Source: an uncultured archaeon
Lineage (GTDB): Archaea > Thermoproteota > Nitrososphaeria > Nitrososphaerales > Gagatemarchaeaceae
NCBI GenBank assembly: GCA_963799775.1
Contig: CAWCYD010000003.1
Location: 1,632,001-1,696,000, forward strand
Length of the DNA stretch: 64,000 bases
Direction of reading: 5' to 3'
Positions 9,709-19,208 of the stretch are shown piece after piece. Below the pieces are notes generated by a model. It did not search any database. It was not told where the DNA came from and saw only the letters and a program-made list of their open reading frames with translations. Both the position numbers and the translations under genes were made by a program. Every line of letters begins with the position of its first letter. The stretch's first letter is position 1.

Positions 9709-11711
9709 TAGTCAAGCGCCTGAGGATGGAGAATTTCAGGAGCTACAGGCGCGCGGAGGTAGAGTTCCCGGGCGGGAAGACGCTGTTCGAGGGGGACATA
9801 GGTTCCGGCAAGTCGACGATCCTGATGGCTGTCGAGTTCGCCCTGTTCGGGCTTGGGAACGCGAGGGCGTCATCCCTCCTCAAGTTCGGCGAGAACAGGG
9901 GGAGCGTGGAGCTCGAGTTCGAGGCGGGCGGGAAGGAGTACTCCGTCAGGAGAGTCCTCGCCAGGAAGGGCGGGTCCATCCAGCAGGTCGAGGGGAAGCT
10001 CAGGGGGCCGGACGGCGAGGAGGACTACCCTCCGACGGAGATGAAGGAGAAAATCCTCGAGATACTCAACTTCCGAGAGTCGACGGAGCCCAGGTCGAGG
10101 AGCCTCATCTACCAGTACGCCATCTATTCGCGCCAGGAGGAGATGAAGCTGATCCTCGAGCTGGAGGCGGGGGAGAGGGTCTCCATCCTCAGGAGGGCGT
10201 TCGGGCTGGAGGAGTACAAGACCGCGATGGAGAATGCGGAGGAGCTGCTCCGCAAAATCCAGGCAAAGAGGTCGCAGTTCGAGGTGGCGTCGAGGGAGAT
10301 CCCCGCGCTCAAGAAGGAGATGGCGGACGCCGAGGAGAGCATGCGGAGGGGCGAGCACGACCTGGTCTCGCTCAGGGCCTCCGAGGCCGCGCGGGAGGAG
10401 AGCGTAGCGAGGCTGGACAAGCAGAAGGAGGAGATGCACGAGCTCGAGATGCAGCTGGCAAACGCGCTCGCGGACCAGAAGCACCTGGCGAAGGACATCG
10501 AGAGGCACAAGCAGGAGGCGGAGTCCGCCGACGAGGAGCTGGAGACCCTCGACAGGAAGAGCGCCAGGCTCAACTCAAATCAGGCGGGCGCGCCTCCCAC
10601 GGAGAAGACGGTCGAAGAGCTGAAGGCCGCGATGGCGGCGACGAGGAAAGCCATCGCCCGGCACGAGGCCTCCGAGGCCGAGATGGGGACGAAGATCAGC
10701 CAGTTCGAGTCTGTGGCCGAATGGGGGAGGTGCCCGGTCTGCGACCGCGAGGCCAAGCCAGCGGACTATGTCATGAGGGCGACCGAGCTCGCGGAGAAGA
10801 GGAAGGCCAACTCCGGGCACATCGAGTCGCTCAACCTCGAGCTGGAGAGCCTGGAGGCGGTCATCGACAAGAGGAGGGTGTACGACTCGGCCGTGGCTGC
10901 GGAGAAGGAGAGCGCGGGCCTCGCGGAGGACTACGCGAGGGAGTCTAGCAAGAGGAGCAGGCAACTGGCCACAGCCAGGGCGGGCGTCGAGGCCGGCGAG
11001 AAGAGCATGGCCGACCTGGAGAAGAGGGTCCGCGTCCTCAAGGAGGAGACGAAGGAGCTCGAGGCGATACGCAAGAGGCTCGACTCCGCGAGGCGCGAGC
11101 TCGGGCAGACGGAGGAGAAGATCGCCGGCCTGAGGAGCGACTTCAGGAAGTGGGAGGCTGACGCGAAGAGGTGCGCTGAGTCGATAGCAAGGAAGGAAAG
11201 GTCAGCGGCCAAGGCGACGGCGCTCAGGGAGAGGGAGATCTGGCTGGAGGAGTTCTTCGTCCCCACGCTGGCCGCGATAGAGAGGCACGTGATGGTCTCG
11301 ATCAACCGCGAGTTCGACGCGAGCTTCCAGAGGTGGTTCGGGATATTGATGGAAGGCGGCGGGAAGGAGGCGCGCGTCGACGAGGATTTCACCCCACTGG
11401 TCGAGCAGGAGGGCTACGAGCAGGAGGTCGAGTCGCTGAGCGGCGGGGAGAGGACGAGCGTCGCCCTGGCGTACAGGCTCGCGCTCAGCCAGATAGTCCA
11501 GAGGCACGCCGAGGCGGGGCCGAGCTCGCTCATCCTCGACGAGCCCACCGACGGCTTCAGCAAGGAGCAGCTCGGGAAGGTGCGCGAAATCCTCGACGAG
11601 ATGGCCAACCCACAGGTCATCATCGTGTCGCACGAGAGGGAGCTCGAGAGCATGGCCGACCAGATATACAGGGTAGCAAAGGTCGGGAACGAGTCCAAGA
11701 TCACACGCTGA
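9705..11711 (+). CDS. rad50: Rad50 ATPase
   Basis: Walker A GDIGSGKS, coiled coil, CPVC zinc hook, LSGGE, ILDEPT, SH. Confidence 0.95.
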   Translation: MIVKRLRMENFRSYRRAEVEFPGGKTLFEGDIGSGKSTILMAVEFALFGLGNARASSLLKFGENRGSVELEFEAGGKEYSVRRVLARKGGSIQQVEGKLRGPDGEEDYPPTEMKEKILEILNFRESTEPRSRSLIYQYAIYSRQEEMKLILELEAGERVSILRRAFGLEEYKTAMENAEELLRKIQAKRSQFEVASREIPALKKEMADAEESMRRGEHDLVSLRASEAAREESVARLDKQKEEMHELEMQLANALADQKHLAKDIERHKQEAESADEELETLDRKSARLNSNQAGAPPTEKTVEELKAAMAATRKAIARHEASEAEMGTKISQFESVAEWGRCPVCDREAKPADYVMRATELAEKRKANSGHIESLNLELESLEAVIDKRRVYDSAVAAEKESAGLAEDYARESSKRSRQLATARAGVEAGEKSMADLEKRVRVLKEETKELEAIRKRLDSARRELGQTEEKIAGLRSDFRKWEADAKRCAESIARKERSAAKATALREREIWLEEFFVPTLAAIERHVMVSINREFDASFQRWFGILMEGGGKEARVDEDFTPLVEQEGYEQEVESLSGGERTSVALAYRLALSQIVQRHAEAGPSSLILDEPTDGFSKEQLGKVREILDEMANPQVIIVSHERELESMADQIYRVAKVGNESKITR

Positions 11712-11815
11712 CCAGAGGCCTTTAAGAGGACCGGGCGGATATTCCGGGCGAACTGCCCCGAAGAATCACCTGGCTCTCCAACGTCATCTCCGCAGAGAAG
11801 ATCGGGTTCGACGAC

Positions 11816-13063
11816 GTGGCGCGCTCCATCGAGGTGGTGGAGGCCCCGCCCGCCTGGATGTGTTTGAAGTGCCGGGGCGCGAAGCTCCTCTGCGGCAAGC
11901 CGAGGTGCCCCATCATTGTGAAGGCCGAGGCGATCGGCAGGTCGAACTACGCCTACACCGATCACATCGCAGGGTCGTCGCCGCCCGGGGTCTTCGTGGG
12001 GAGGATCGGGTACCCGAAGGTCTCGATAGGGCCCATGGTCCCGCCGCGATACGGCGACACCTCCATACTGGACACGCCTGAGCTCTGGCTCGGCAAGCCT
12101 CTGGAGTCCATCGTCGACTACCGGTACTCGCTCGTGAGGGGGAACACGTGGGCCGACATCCACGACGCGGTTGACCCGGGGAGGACGCTCCAGCAGCTCC
12201 AGGAGTTGTCGATGGCGGCGAGGCCTGTCGACTCGGACCTCAGGCTCTCAAAGGCCCCTAGGAAAGTCCTGACGCTCAGCGAGGACACGCAGCCGTTCGG
12301 CCCCTCCGCTCCGATGGAGAAGCTCCGGACCTCGAACGTCACGGTGGAGAGGAAGATCGAGAAGCCCTACTACGACAGGGACCTGAAGGCCGCCGAGGCG
12401 ATCTTCTCGCTCTACAGGGAAGGGATCATGGTCACGCGGATCCAGAGGGCGCTCAGCATCGGGATGTTCGGGGAGGGCCCGAGGCGCAGGCTCGTCCCGA
12501 CGAGGTGGAGCATCACCGCGGTGGATAGCACGATAAGCTCCAACCTCATCGAGAAGGTCAAGGGGTTCCAGACCATCGACGAATACAGGGTCTACAGCTT
12601 CAGCGTCTACGACAACCAGTATGTTGCGATGCTCCTCCCCGAGCCCTGGAGGTTCGAGTGGATCGAGGCCTGGTTCCCCAACACCACCTGGAACCAGTTC
12701 ACGCAGGAGCCCTACATGATCGGCGACTACGAGGAGCACTTCGGCAGGCGCACCTACGCGAAGGTGGGAGGCTGCTACTACTCCACACGGCTCGCAGTCG
12801 GCGAGGCCCTCGAGAAGGAGAGGCGGCAGGCCGCCGCGATCGTATTGAGGGAGACGTATCCCGGATATCTTATGCCGCTGGGGGTCTGGAACGTGAGGGA
12901 GAGCATCAGGGAGCTGATGAAGCAGAAGCCCGAGAGGTTCGACTCGTTCAGGCCCGCCCTGGACGCGGCCCTCGCGAGGATGAAGATCCCATCGAAGACC
13001 TGGAGGGGCACTTCGGTCCTCATCTCGAGGGAGCTGACGCAGGCGAAGATAACGAGCTACTGA
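11816..13063 (+). CDS. nreA: Archaeal DNA repair protein NreA
   Basis: CxxCRG.KLLCG..RCP, GSSPP.VFVGR.GYP, LVPTRWSITAVD, GGCYY, C-terminal PIP-like QAKITSY. Confidence 0.93.
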   Translation: MARSIEVVEAPPAWMCLKCRGAKLLCGKPRCPIIVKAEAIGRSNYAYTDHIAGSSPPGVFVGRIGYPKVSIGPMVPPRYGDTSILDTPELWLGKPLESIVDYRYSLVRGNTWADIHDAVDPGRTLQQLQELSMAARPVDSDLRLSKAPRKVLTLSEDTQPFGPSAPMEKLRTSNVTVERKIEKPYYDRDLKAAEAIFSLYREGIMVTRIQRALSIGMFGEGPRRRLVPTRWSITAVDSTISSNLIEKVKGFQTIDEYRVYSFSVYDNQYVAMLLPEPWRFEWIEAWFPNTTWNQFTQEPYMIGDYEEHFGRRTYAKVGGCYYSTRLAVGEALEKERRQAAAIVLRETYPGYLMPLGVWNVRESIRELMKQKPERFDSFRPALDAALARMKIPSKTWRGTSVLISRELTQAKITSY

Positions 13064-13114
13064 ACGCAGAGGTCTCAATCTACGGTTATCTATCGGTCAT
13101 GAGACTTCGTTGTC

Positions 13115-13487
13115 ATGGCATCGCACCTTAGAGTGGGCTCGATAGTCACCGATAGCGTGAAGTTCGACGAGATGATGGCCTTCTGGCAGAAGGCCCTCCA
13201 CTACGAGCCGAAGTATCCCCCCGACCACGGATGGGTGATTCTCCGAGATCCGGAAGGAAGAGGCCCTGAACATCTCCCTGAACCGGGTGCGCAAGAAGAT
13301 TCCCGGCAGGAACAACCTCCACCTGGACCTTTACAGCGGCGACAGGGAGCTCGAGGTCGAGAGGCTGGTCGGGATGGGCGCCAGGCGCCACCGCCAGACA
13401 TACTCTTCAGGAGACGACTTCAGGGTCCTAGAGGACCCCGACGGCAAGCTCTTCTGCGTGGTCCAGCTACCAAAGGGAGCCACCTAG
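13115..13487 (+). CDS. VOC/glyoxalase family protein (frameshift ~13270)
   Basis: 'AFWQKAL','NNLHLDL','VERLVGMGA','VLEDPDGKLFCVV'. Confidence 0.85.
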
Positions 13488-13975
13488 GCGAAGGTCACGG
13501 GCGTCCCTACCTTGATGTCGTTTGCCGCGGCGAAGCCGCCCTTCGCCTCTATCACGTAGTTGGCCCTCGCGTTGGGCTCGTAGCTCGCGCAGATGACGGA
13601 GACGTGGCATGGAGGCGAGTCGAGGGCGAGGTAGACGAAGCTCCCCGTGTCGGTGCCCGGGGTGGTGTTGACCCACATTATGTCCAGGCTGGAGTTGACG
13701 CCATACATCCAGAAGGAGTAGTAGCCTGGGTTCGGGAAGACGAAGAGCTCCGTCGTACTGTTCGTCACGTCGACGCCCATCAGGCCCTTTTGGAGGGCCG
13801 TCTGGTTGGTCGCGAGGTAGGTCAGCTTGAACGTCTTTCCGTCAACTGAGAAGCTGGTGTAGTGGACGTTCGGCGAGCTCGCAATCGGCGTAGAATCATA
13901 TATGAGAACGCTGGCAGCAATCAAGAGCAGGGGGACGAGCACGACCACCAATATCAGGAGCCTGACTCTGTTCAC
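13484..13975 (-). CDS. DUF192 family exported protein
   Basis: 'KGLM','LFVF','FWMYG...LDIMW','YVIEAKGG' motifs; TM N-terminus from GTG 13975. Confidence 0.85.
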   Translation of the reverse strand: MNRVRLLILVVVLVPLLLIAASVLIYDSTPIASSPNVHYTSFSVDGKTFKLTYLATNQTALQKGLMGVDVTNSTTELFVFPNPGYYSFWMYGVNSSLDIMWVNTTPGTDTGSFVYLALDSPPCHVSVICASYEPNARANYVIEAKGGFAAANDIKVGTPVTFA

Positions 13976-14064
13976 GAACCCGCCGACCCTCCAGCCGACT
14001 TCGAGCCTCTGCGTTCTTCCGGATATCTGTTGGGGCCTATGGTGGCCCCGAGGAGAGGCTCGCC

Positions 14065-14763
14065 ATGACTGAGAAGCTCTTCTGGCAGGACGCATACATC
14101 AGGGAGTTCGATGCGAAGGTCGAGTCTCTGGAGGAGGTAGGAGTCAGGCTTGACAAGACGGCCTTCAATCCCCGGGGAGGCGGCCTCGTCTCCGATGTGG
14201 GCAGGCTGAACGACATCAGGGTGGTCGAGGTCGTGAAGAGAGACGAGGAGGTCTACCACGTCCTGGAACCTGGGGCTTCGCTGAGGCCCGGCGACGCCGT
14301 CCACGGGGTCATCGACTGGGAGATGAGGCACAGGGTGATGAGGATGCACACCACAGCCCACATACTCAGCGCCGTCGTCAACCGCGAGACCGGCGCGCTG
14401 ATTACCGGGAACCAGATCGCCCCGATGGAGTCGCGCATCGACTTCTCGCTCGAGGCCTTCGACAGGGAGAAGTTCGGGGCCTACGTGAAGATGGCCAACG
14501 ATGCGGCGGCTAGTGGCGCACTGGTGACCTCATTCTTCATGAAGAAAGAGGAGGCGCTCAACACTCCTGGGTTCGTCAAGCTCGCCGGTGCACTGCCTCC
14601 TGATGTCGCTGAGCTCAGGATAGTCAAGATAGGGGAGATTGACACTCAGGCTGACGGGGGAGTCCACGTGAGGAACACCTCTGAGATTGGAGAGATAGTC
14701 GTGGAGAAGATTGAGAACAAGGGCAAGAGCAACAGGCGGCTCTACTTCTCGTTGCGGTCGTAG
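14065..14763 (+). CDS. alaXM: Alanyl-tRNA editing protein AlaX-M
   Basis: 'LDKTAFNPRGGG','MRMHTTAH','QADGGVHV' editing motifs. Confidence 0.92.
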   Translation: MTEKLFWQDAYIREFDAKVESLEEVGVRLDKTAFNPRGGGLVSDVGRLNDIRVVEVVKRDEEVYHVLEPGASLRPGDAVHGVIDWEMRHRVMRMHTTAHILSAVVNRETGALITGNQIAPMESRIDFSLEAFDREKFGAYVKMANDAAASGALVTSFFMKKEEALNTPGFVKLAGALPPDVAELRIVKIGEIDTQADGGVHVRNTSEIGEIVVEKIENKGKSNRRLYFSLRS

Positions 14764-14840
14764 GGTCGACATCAAAAAAGATGATCTTTGAACTTGGGCA
14801 CATCCGAGAGAAAGAGAGAGGAAGGGATAGACTCGTTTGC

Positions 14841-15857
14841 CTAAGCGCCAAAACTCCCTGCCGGCCCGATGTCTGCCACAGTCAACACGGATGTCAACGT
14901 AGGGTCTTCCACCACCAGTATCACGCGACCGTTGACCCTGAAGTAGAGGTCGACGACCAGATTGGAATTGCTGCCACCACAACCGTTAGCGTTCACGTGC
15001 ATCGCGTAATTGTGGCTTGGGAGAAGCTGAACGGGTGCAGGAGGATATGAAACAGGCAGACCCTGACTGTAGGCTTGAAAGGCAGACGAACTGTTCGCTA
15101 TGTTGATCGCCTCTGCGGTATTGAAAGCAATATTGCTGTCCACGGACTGAATGGCTTGACCTATGCAGGCTACGGTAGAAGGAGCGTTGACCGTCGGTGG
15201 TGATGATGAAGACGAGGAGAATCCACCACTAATCACGAAAACGCTTCCTGGAGCTCGCGACTGAATTGTGGCCACGATCTCGATGACCTGGCTCCCGTTC
15301 GTCGGGATTATAGTCGCCGCATCGGTGTCCGCCACAAAGTAATAGCTAGAGTACGAACGCGAGATTGAAATCCAACCTGTGCCGTTCGTTATGTAATTCT
15401 TCTGCGGACATGGTGGAAATGTGACCGAAGTCCCGTTAGCCATGAGCGTGGTGCCATTGGCAAAAGTCTCGACGGCTGGGCCATGAACACATTCGTTCAC
15501 AAACCATCCATCGGGAGTCGCTCCCATGTCGTTCACCGATGAGGCAGGGCTCAAGCTTACTCCCTCGCCAGGGATTGGGTCTCCTGTGGTTTGATTGATG
15601 ACATAAACCAGAACAGTCTGGTTGGCTGCTGTCGTTGTCGCAGGTATGGATTGAGAGGTCGAAGTTAACGACGATGATTGATTGTCAACGGTCGAAAGAG
15701 AGCTTGTGGATGACGAAGATTGGATGCCCATGCTCGACGCGGACCTCGACGTCGAGGACGTTACATTCGCCACAAAGGAGGGGAGGAACAATACAGCCAA
15801 TAATGAAACCGAGATGACAGCTGGCACAGACACGAAAGCGATTTCTTTCGTTCTCAA
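14841..15857 (-). CDS. Secreted hypothetical protein with Ser/Thr linker
   Basis: N-terminal TM, poly-S/T linkers, Cys pairs. Confidence 0.7.
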   Translation of the reverse strand: MRTKEIAFVSVPAVISVSLLAVLFLPSFVANVTSSTSRSASSMGIQSSSSTSSLSTVDNQSSSLTSTSQSIPATTTAANQTVLVYVINQTTGDPIPGEGVSLSPASSVNDMGATPDGWFVNECVHGPAVETFANGTTLMANGTSVTFPPCPQKNYITNGTGWISISRSYSSYYFVADTDAATIIPTNGSQVIEIVATIQSRAPGSVFVISGGFSSSSSSPPTVNAPSTVACIGQAIQSVDSNIAFNTAEAINIANSSSAFQAYSQGLPVSYPPAPVQLLPSHNYAMHVNANGCGGSNSNLVVDLYFRVNGRVILVVEDPTLTSVLTVADIGPAGSFGA

Positions 15858-15942
15858 GCGTTACAGAATTCGGTTGGTGCCAAGTATTATTCCCTCTGGA
15901 GGCTGGTTCCCTAACCTTGCGTCAGGCGGCTCTACTTCTCGC

Positions 15943-16830
15943 TCAAGCCGTGAGGTAGAGCAGCGCGGCGACGCTCGCGATTACGACCACGATCCCGACG
16001 GCGTAGTTGGGCCTGACCTTCTCCTTGAGGAAGATCAACGCGAACCCGACGGTGAAGACGGCCCCCATGCCTCCGAGGGTCGTGGTTATCGGCAGAGCTG
16101 CAATCGTCGAGGAGTAGTAGAGTGCCAGATTGAAAGCTAGAAGCCCGGAGGCCTCCAGAGTCCCCATGACCAAGAGGCGGCGGAGAGGCCGGCCCGAGAC
16201 AGGCCTCAGATCCTCCTTCCAGACGACGCCCGCTAGGAACCCGACAGCCGCGGCTCCCAGTCGGGCCGAGATCGTGGGCAGAAGATATCCCATCTTCTCG
16301 TCGGCGTATCCCAGAGAGGTGAGGGCGACTGCGAACAGGAATGCGGACAATATCGCCTCCGGGATGCCAGGCGTGACGGTCCTCCTTCTCCCGTCTGAGG
16401 AATCTGCGTTCGAGACGCTCGTGGAGACGAGGATGATCGCGACTATCACGCCAGAGAGGGCGATCAGCTCGCCTTCGGAGAGCTCGATCTTCAAGATGAA
16501 GATGGAGAAGATTACGGAGAAGATAGGGAAGGAGTTCACGGTGGGGGAGATGATGGAGAGCTTGCCCCGCTGATATCCCCGATACATCAGCACGAACGCG
16601 ACGAACATGGACACGGAAATCAGGAGCAGGACCGCAGCGTCGAAGGGCGACGGCCAGGTCAATCCCCCCAGGAAGAGCGTCGGGACAATGAGGAGTGCTC
16701 CGCTCGTGGCAAGTGTGTAGACCGTCGCCCGGTAGAAGCCCACCTTGTTGCTCAGGCCCTTTGAGAGGTAGTCCGATGTCCCGAAGCAGAAGGCGAGTAG
16801 GAGGCCGAGGACCACTGCTGCAGAGATCAC
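15943..16830 (-). CDS. EamA/DMT family transporter
   Basis: ~10 TM, duplicated EamA halves, 'LIFLKEKV'. Confidence 0.9.
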   Translation of the reverse strand: MISAAVVLGLLLAFCFGTSDYLSKGLSNKVGFYRATVYTLATSGALLIVPTLFLGGLTWPSPFDAAVLLLISVSMFVAFVLMYRGYQRGKLSIISPTVNSFPIFSVIFSIFILKIELSEGELIALSGVIVAIILVSTSVSNADSSDGRRRTVTPGIPEAILSAFLFAVALTSLGYADEKMGYLLPTISARLGAAAVGFLAGVVWKEDLRPVSGRPLRRLLVMGTLEASGLLAFNLALYYSSTIAALPITTTLGGMGAVFTVGFALIFLKEKVRPNYAVGIVVVIASVAALLYLTA

Positions 16831-16842
16831 TTTACGTCGCCC

Positions 16843-17550
16843 CTATGCCTTGGCAGGCCGCCTCCAATGCTCCTGGAGGGTCTCCTTGACCTCTTCGTCG
16901 CTCACCTGTTCGAAATTCTCGTAAAAGGCCCCGATCGCGTAGAAGGGCTCCGGGGTTAGCGGGCAGACGACGTAGTCCGCTTCGTGTCTCAGCTCCTCGA
17001 TCGTGCTCGGCGGGGCGACGGGAGCCGCGGCGACGACTATTCGGGCCCCGCGAGACCTCACCCACCTGAGCGAGACTATCATCGTCGCTCCTGTCGCGAT
17101 GCCGTCGTCGATGACAACCACGACCCTTCCCGAAATGGTCGGCTCAGGCCGGTCGTCCCGGTAGGCCTTGAACCTCCTTGCGGCCTCTCGCATCTCGGCG
17201 CTCTTCACGGCTTCGATGTAGCGGTCGCTCGCGCCAGTGATGCGGAGCGCCTCGGGGTTGAGGTATAGTGTGCCATCGTGCATCACCGCCCCGATGCCGT
17301 ACTCCGGGTTGCCTTCTGCGCCGAGCTTCCTTGGGACGACGAGGTCGAGGTCTGCCCCGACGGCCATCGACACCTCGTTTGCTATGGGGACGCCTCCCCT
17401 CGGGATCGCTAAGACGAGAGGCGGGCCTGAGGCGAGGACCTTCTCACCGAGCTCTTTCTTGAGTGCGGCGGCGAGCGCTCTTCCGGCTTCCTTCCTGTCC
17501 GCAAACACTGTTCGTGGCATCTCGGGGGCGCGTCCGCTCTCGTGGCTCAT
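16843..17550 (-). CDS. Phosphoribosyltransferase family protein
   Basis: 'FADRKEAG','IPRGGVP','VVIDDGIATGATM'. Confidence 0.9.
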   Translation of the reverse strand: MSHESGRAPEMPRTVFADRKEAGRALAAALKKELGEKVLASGPPLVLAIPRGGVPIANEVSMAVGADLDLVVPRKLGAEGNPEYGIGAVMHDGTLYLNPEALRITGASDRYIEAVKSAEMREAARRFKAYRDDRPEPTISGRVVVVIDDGIATGATMIVSLRWVRSRGARIVVAAAPVAPPSTIEELRHEADYVVCPLTPEPFYAIGAFYENFEQVSDEEVKETLQEHWRRPAKA

Positions 17551-17577
17551 CGAGGTTTTAAGGCCTCGAGGCCGTCC

Positions 17578-18129
17578 ATGCGTGACGTGACGCGGCGCAT
17601 CCAAGTCTCGGTCGTGGGCTACAACGAGGACTCGTGCACCAAGGTCGCGCGCGAGGCTGCTTACCAAGTCGGGATCGAGATTGCGAAGAAGGGATGGACT
17701 GTCGTCTGCGGCGGGTTGGGAGGCGTGATGGAGGCGGCCTGCAAAGGAGCTAGGGCGGGCGGAGGTCGTTCTGTGGGGATCGTCCCGTCAGCAGACCTCA
17801 CCCAGGCGAACGCCTGCTGCGACGTGGTCGTCGCATCCGGGCTGGGCAAGTCTAGGGACTTTCTGGTGGCCTACTCGGGCGATGCGATGATCGTGCTCGG
17901 AGGAGGAGCGGGGACGCTCATCGAGGTCGCAGCAGCGTATCAGGCGGGTAAGCCTATCGTCGCGGTCAGCGGGACGGGTGGCGTCGCTGACATGTGGGCT
18001 GGCAAGCACTTGGACCACCGGCGAACGACGAAGATACTTGGTGGAAAGGACGCGAAGGACGTGGTGCGGAAGATTGAGAATGAGTTGTCACGAGGGAGGA
18101 GAACGGCAGGCGGTCGAAGCAGCGACTAG
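17578..18129 (+). CDS. LOG/SLOG family protein (TIGR00725-like)
   Basis: 'VVCGGLGGVMEAACKGA','GGGAGTLIE'. Confidence 0.9.
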   Translation: MRDVTRRIQVSVVGYNEDSCTKVAREAAYQVGIEIAKKGWTVVCGGLGGVMEAACKGARAGGGRSVGIVPSADLTQANACCDVVVASGLGKSRDFLVAYSGDAMIVLGGGAGTLIEVAAAYQAGKPIVAVSGTGGVADMWAGKHLDHRRTTKILGGKDAKDVVRKIENELSRGRRTAGGRSSD

Positions 18130-19166
18130 GCGCGTTGAATCAGGGAGACAAGGTAATCCGCGATTCGACGGTCCCCGGAATAGTTGGCGGGCGGATTCCT
18201 CTTCCCTAAGAGTTCAGGTATCAGCTCATCCAGCCTATCCAAGTCCCTGAATGCGAATCCCAGCTCTGCGGCGTTCCTCTCCTGCTCGACGTGGTTCTTG
18301 ATAGGGATCGCGATTATCGGCGTCCCGCTGCTCACGGCCTCGTCGATCGTGCTCTTGCCTGCGGTCGAGATGACGAGGTCGGCCGCTGCTACGAGGTCTT
18401 GGTTGTCCCGCACGACCCCTAGGTGGCGGACGTTCCCCGCTTTGTGGTTCTTCTCGACGCTCCCAGATATCGCGAACACGTCAGACCCGTCGCAGACCTT
18501 CTGGAAGGCCACGACCGCCCTGTCGAGAAGGAATCGACCTATCCCGCTCCCGCTCGAGCTGAACAGGACCAGGCGGGAGTCAAGCGGCACCCCGCGCTCC
18601 TGCCTCGTCGCCTCTCGGGACTTTGTGACCTGTCTGGTGACCGGCGTCATGTAGTGGATGTTCCCGCTGTCGGTCCCGAAGCTCGGGATGAGAAGGTTGG
18701 AGACCCGCCGCTGCAGGTCCGCGTACCACGCGCTCACGCGTGCCTCGATCCTTCGGGCGATGGCTCCCCTGGCGAAACCCAGTTGCAGCTCGTCGGATAT
18801 CATGGCGTGCGGGATCCCTCTCTCTATCGCCAGCGAGACCGAGGAGAATTCTTCGTCTCCCACGACGAGGTTCGGAGAGAGCTCTGCGATGAGGCCCGCC
18901 ATGCGTCTGCTCGTGGCCCGATAGCCTCTCCAATAGCGCAGATACCAGAGCGTGGCCATCTTCATCTCCCCGCTGGACTCGTTCGGGGTGGGCTCTGTGA
19001 CGATGTCGTGCGCCTTGAACCCGTAGGAGCGGATGAAGTCCGCCGCGGCCCCGCCCGTTGCGAACTCGGGCTCGAGAGAGCTCTCCCGCAGTCTCAGCCC
19101 GACGGCGACGGCCCTAGAGGCGTGCCCGAAACCGATGGGGCTGACGCCGTAGAGGATCTCGGCCAA
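18126..19166 (-). CDS. Glycosyltransferase (GT28/MurG-like)
   Basis: 'GFGHASR','ADLVISTAGKSTIDEA','HVEQERNA'. Confidence 0.88.
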   Translation of the reverse strand: MAEILYGVSPIGFGHASRAVAVGLRLRESSLEPEFATGGAAADFIRSYGFKAHDIVTEPTPNESSGEMKMATLWYLRYWRGYRATSRRMAGLIAELSPNLVVGDEEFSSVSLAIERGIPHAMISDELQLGFARGAIARRIEARVSAWYADLQRRVSNLLIPSFGTDSGNIHYMTPVTRQVTKSREATRQERGVPLDSRLVLFSSSGSGIGRFLLDRAVVAFQKVCDGSDVFAISGSVEKNHKAGNVRHLGVVRDNQDLVAAADLVISTAGKSTIDEAVSSGTPIIAIPIKNHVEQERNAAELGFAFRDLDRLDELIPELLGKRNPPANYSGDRRIADYLVSLIQRA

Positions 19167-19208
19167 CGAGTTCGTTCTTCGCTGGAGCTCCCTTTTTCTA
19201 GTCTACGT

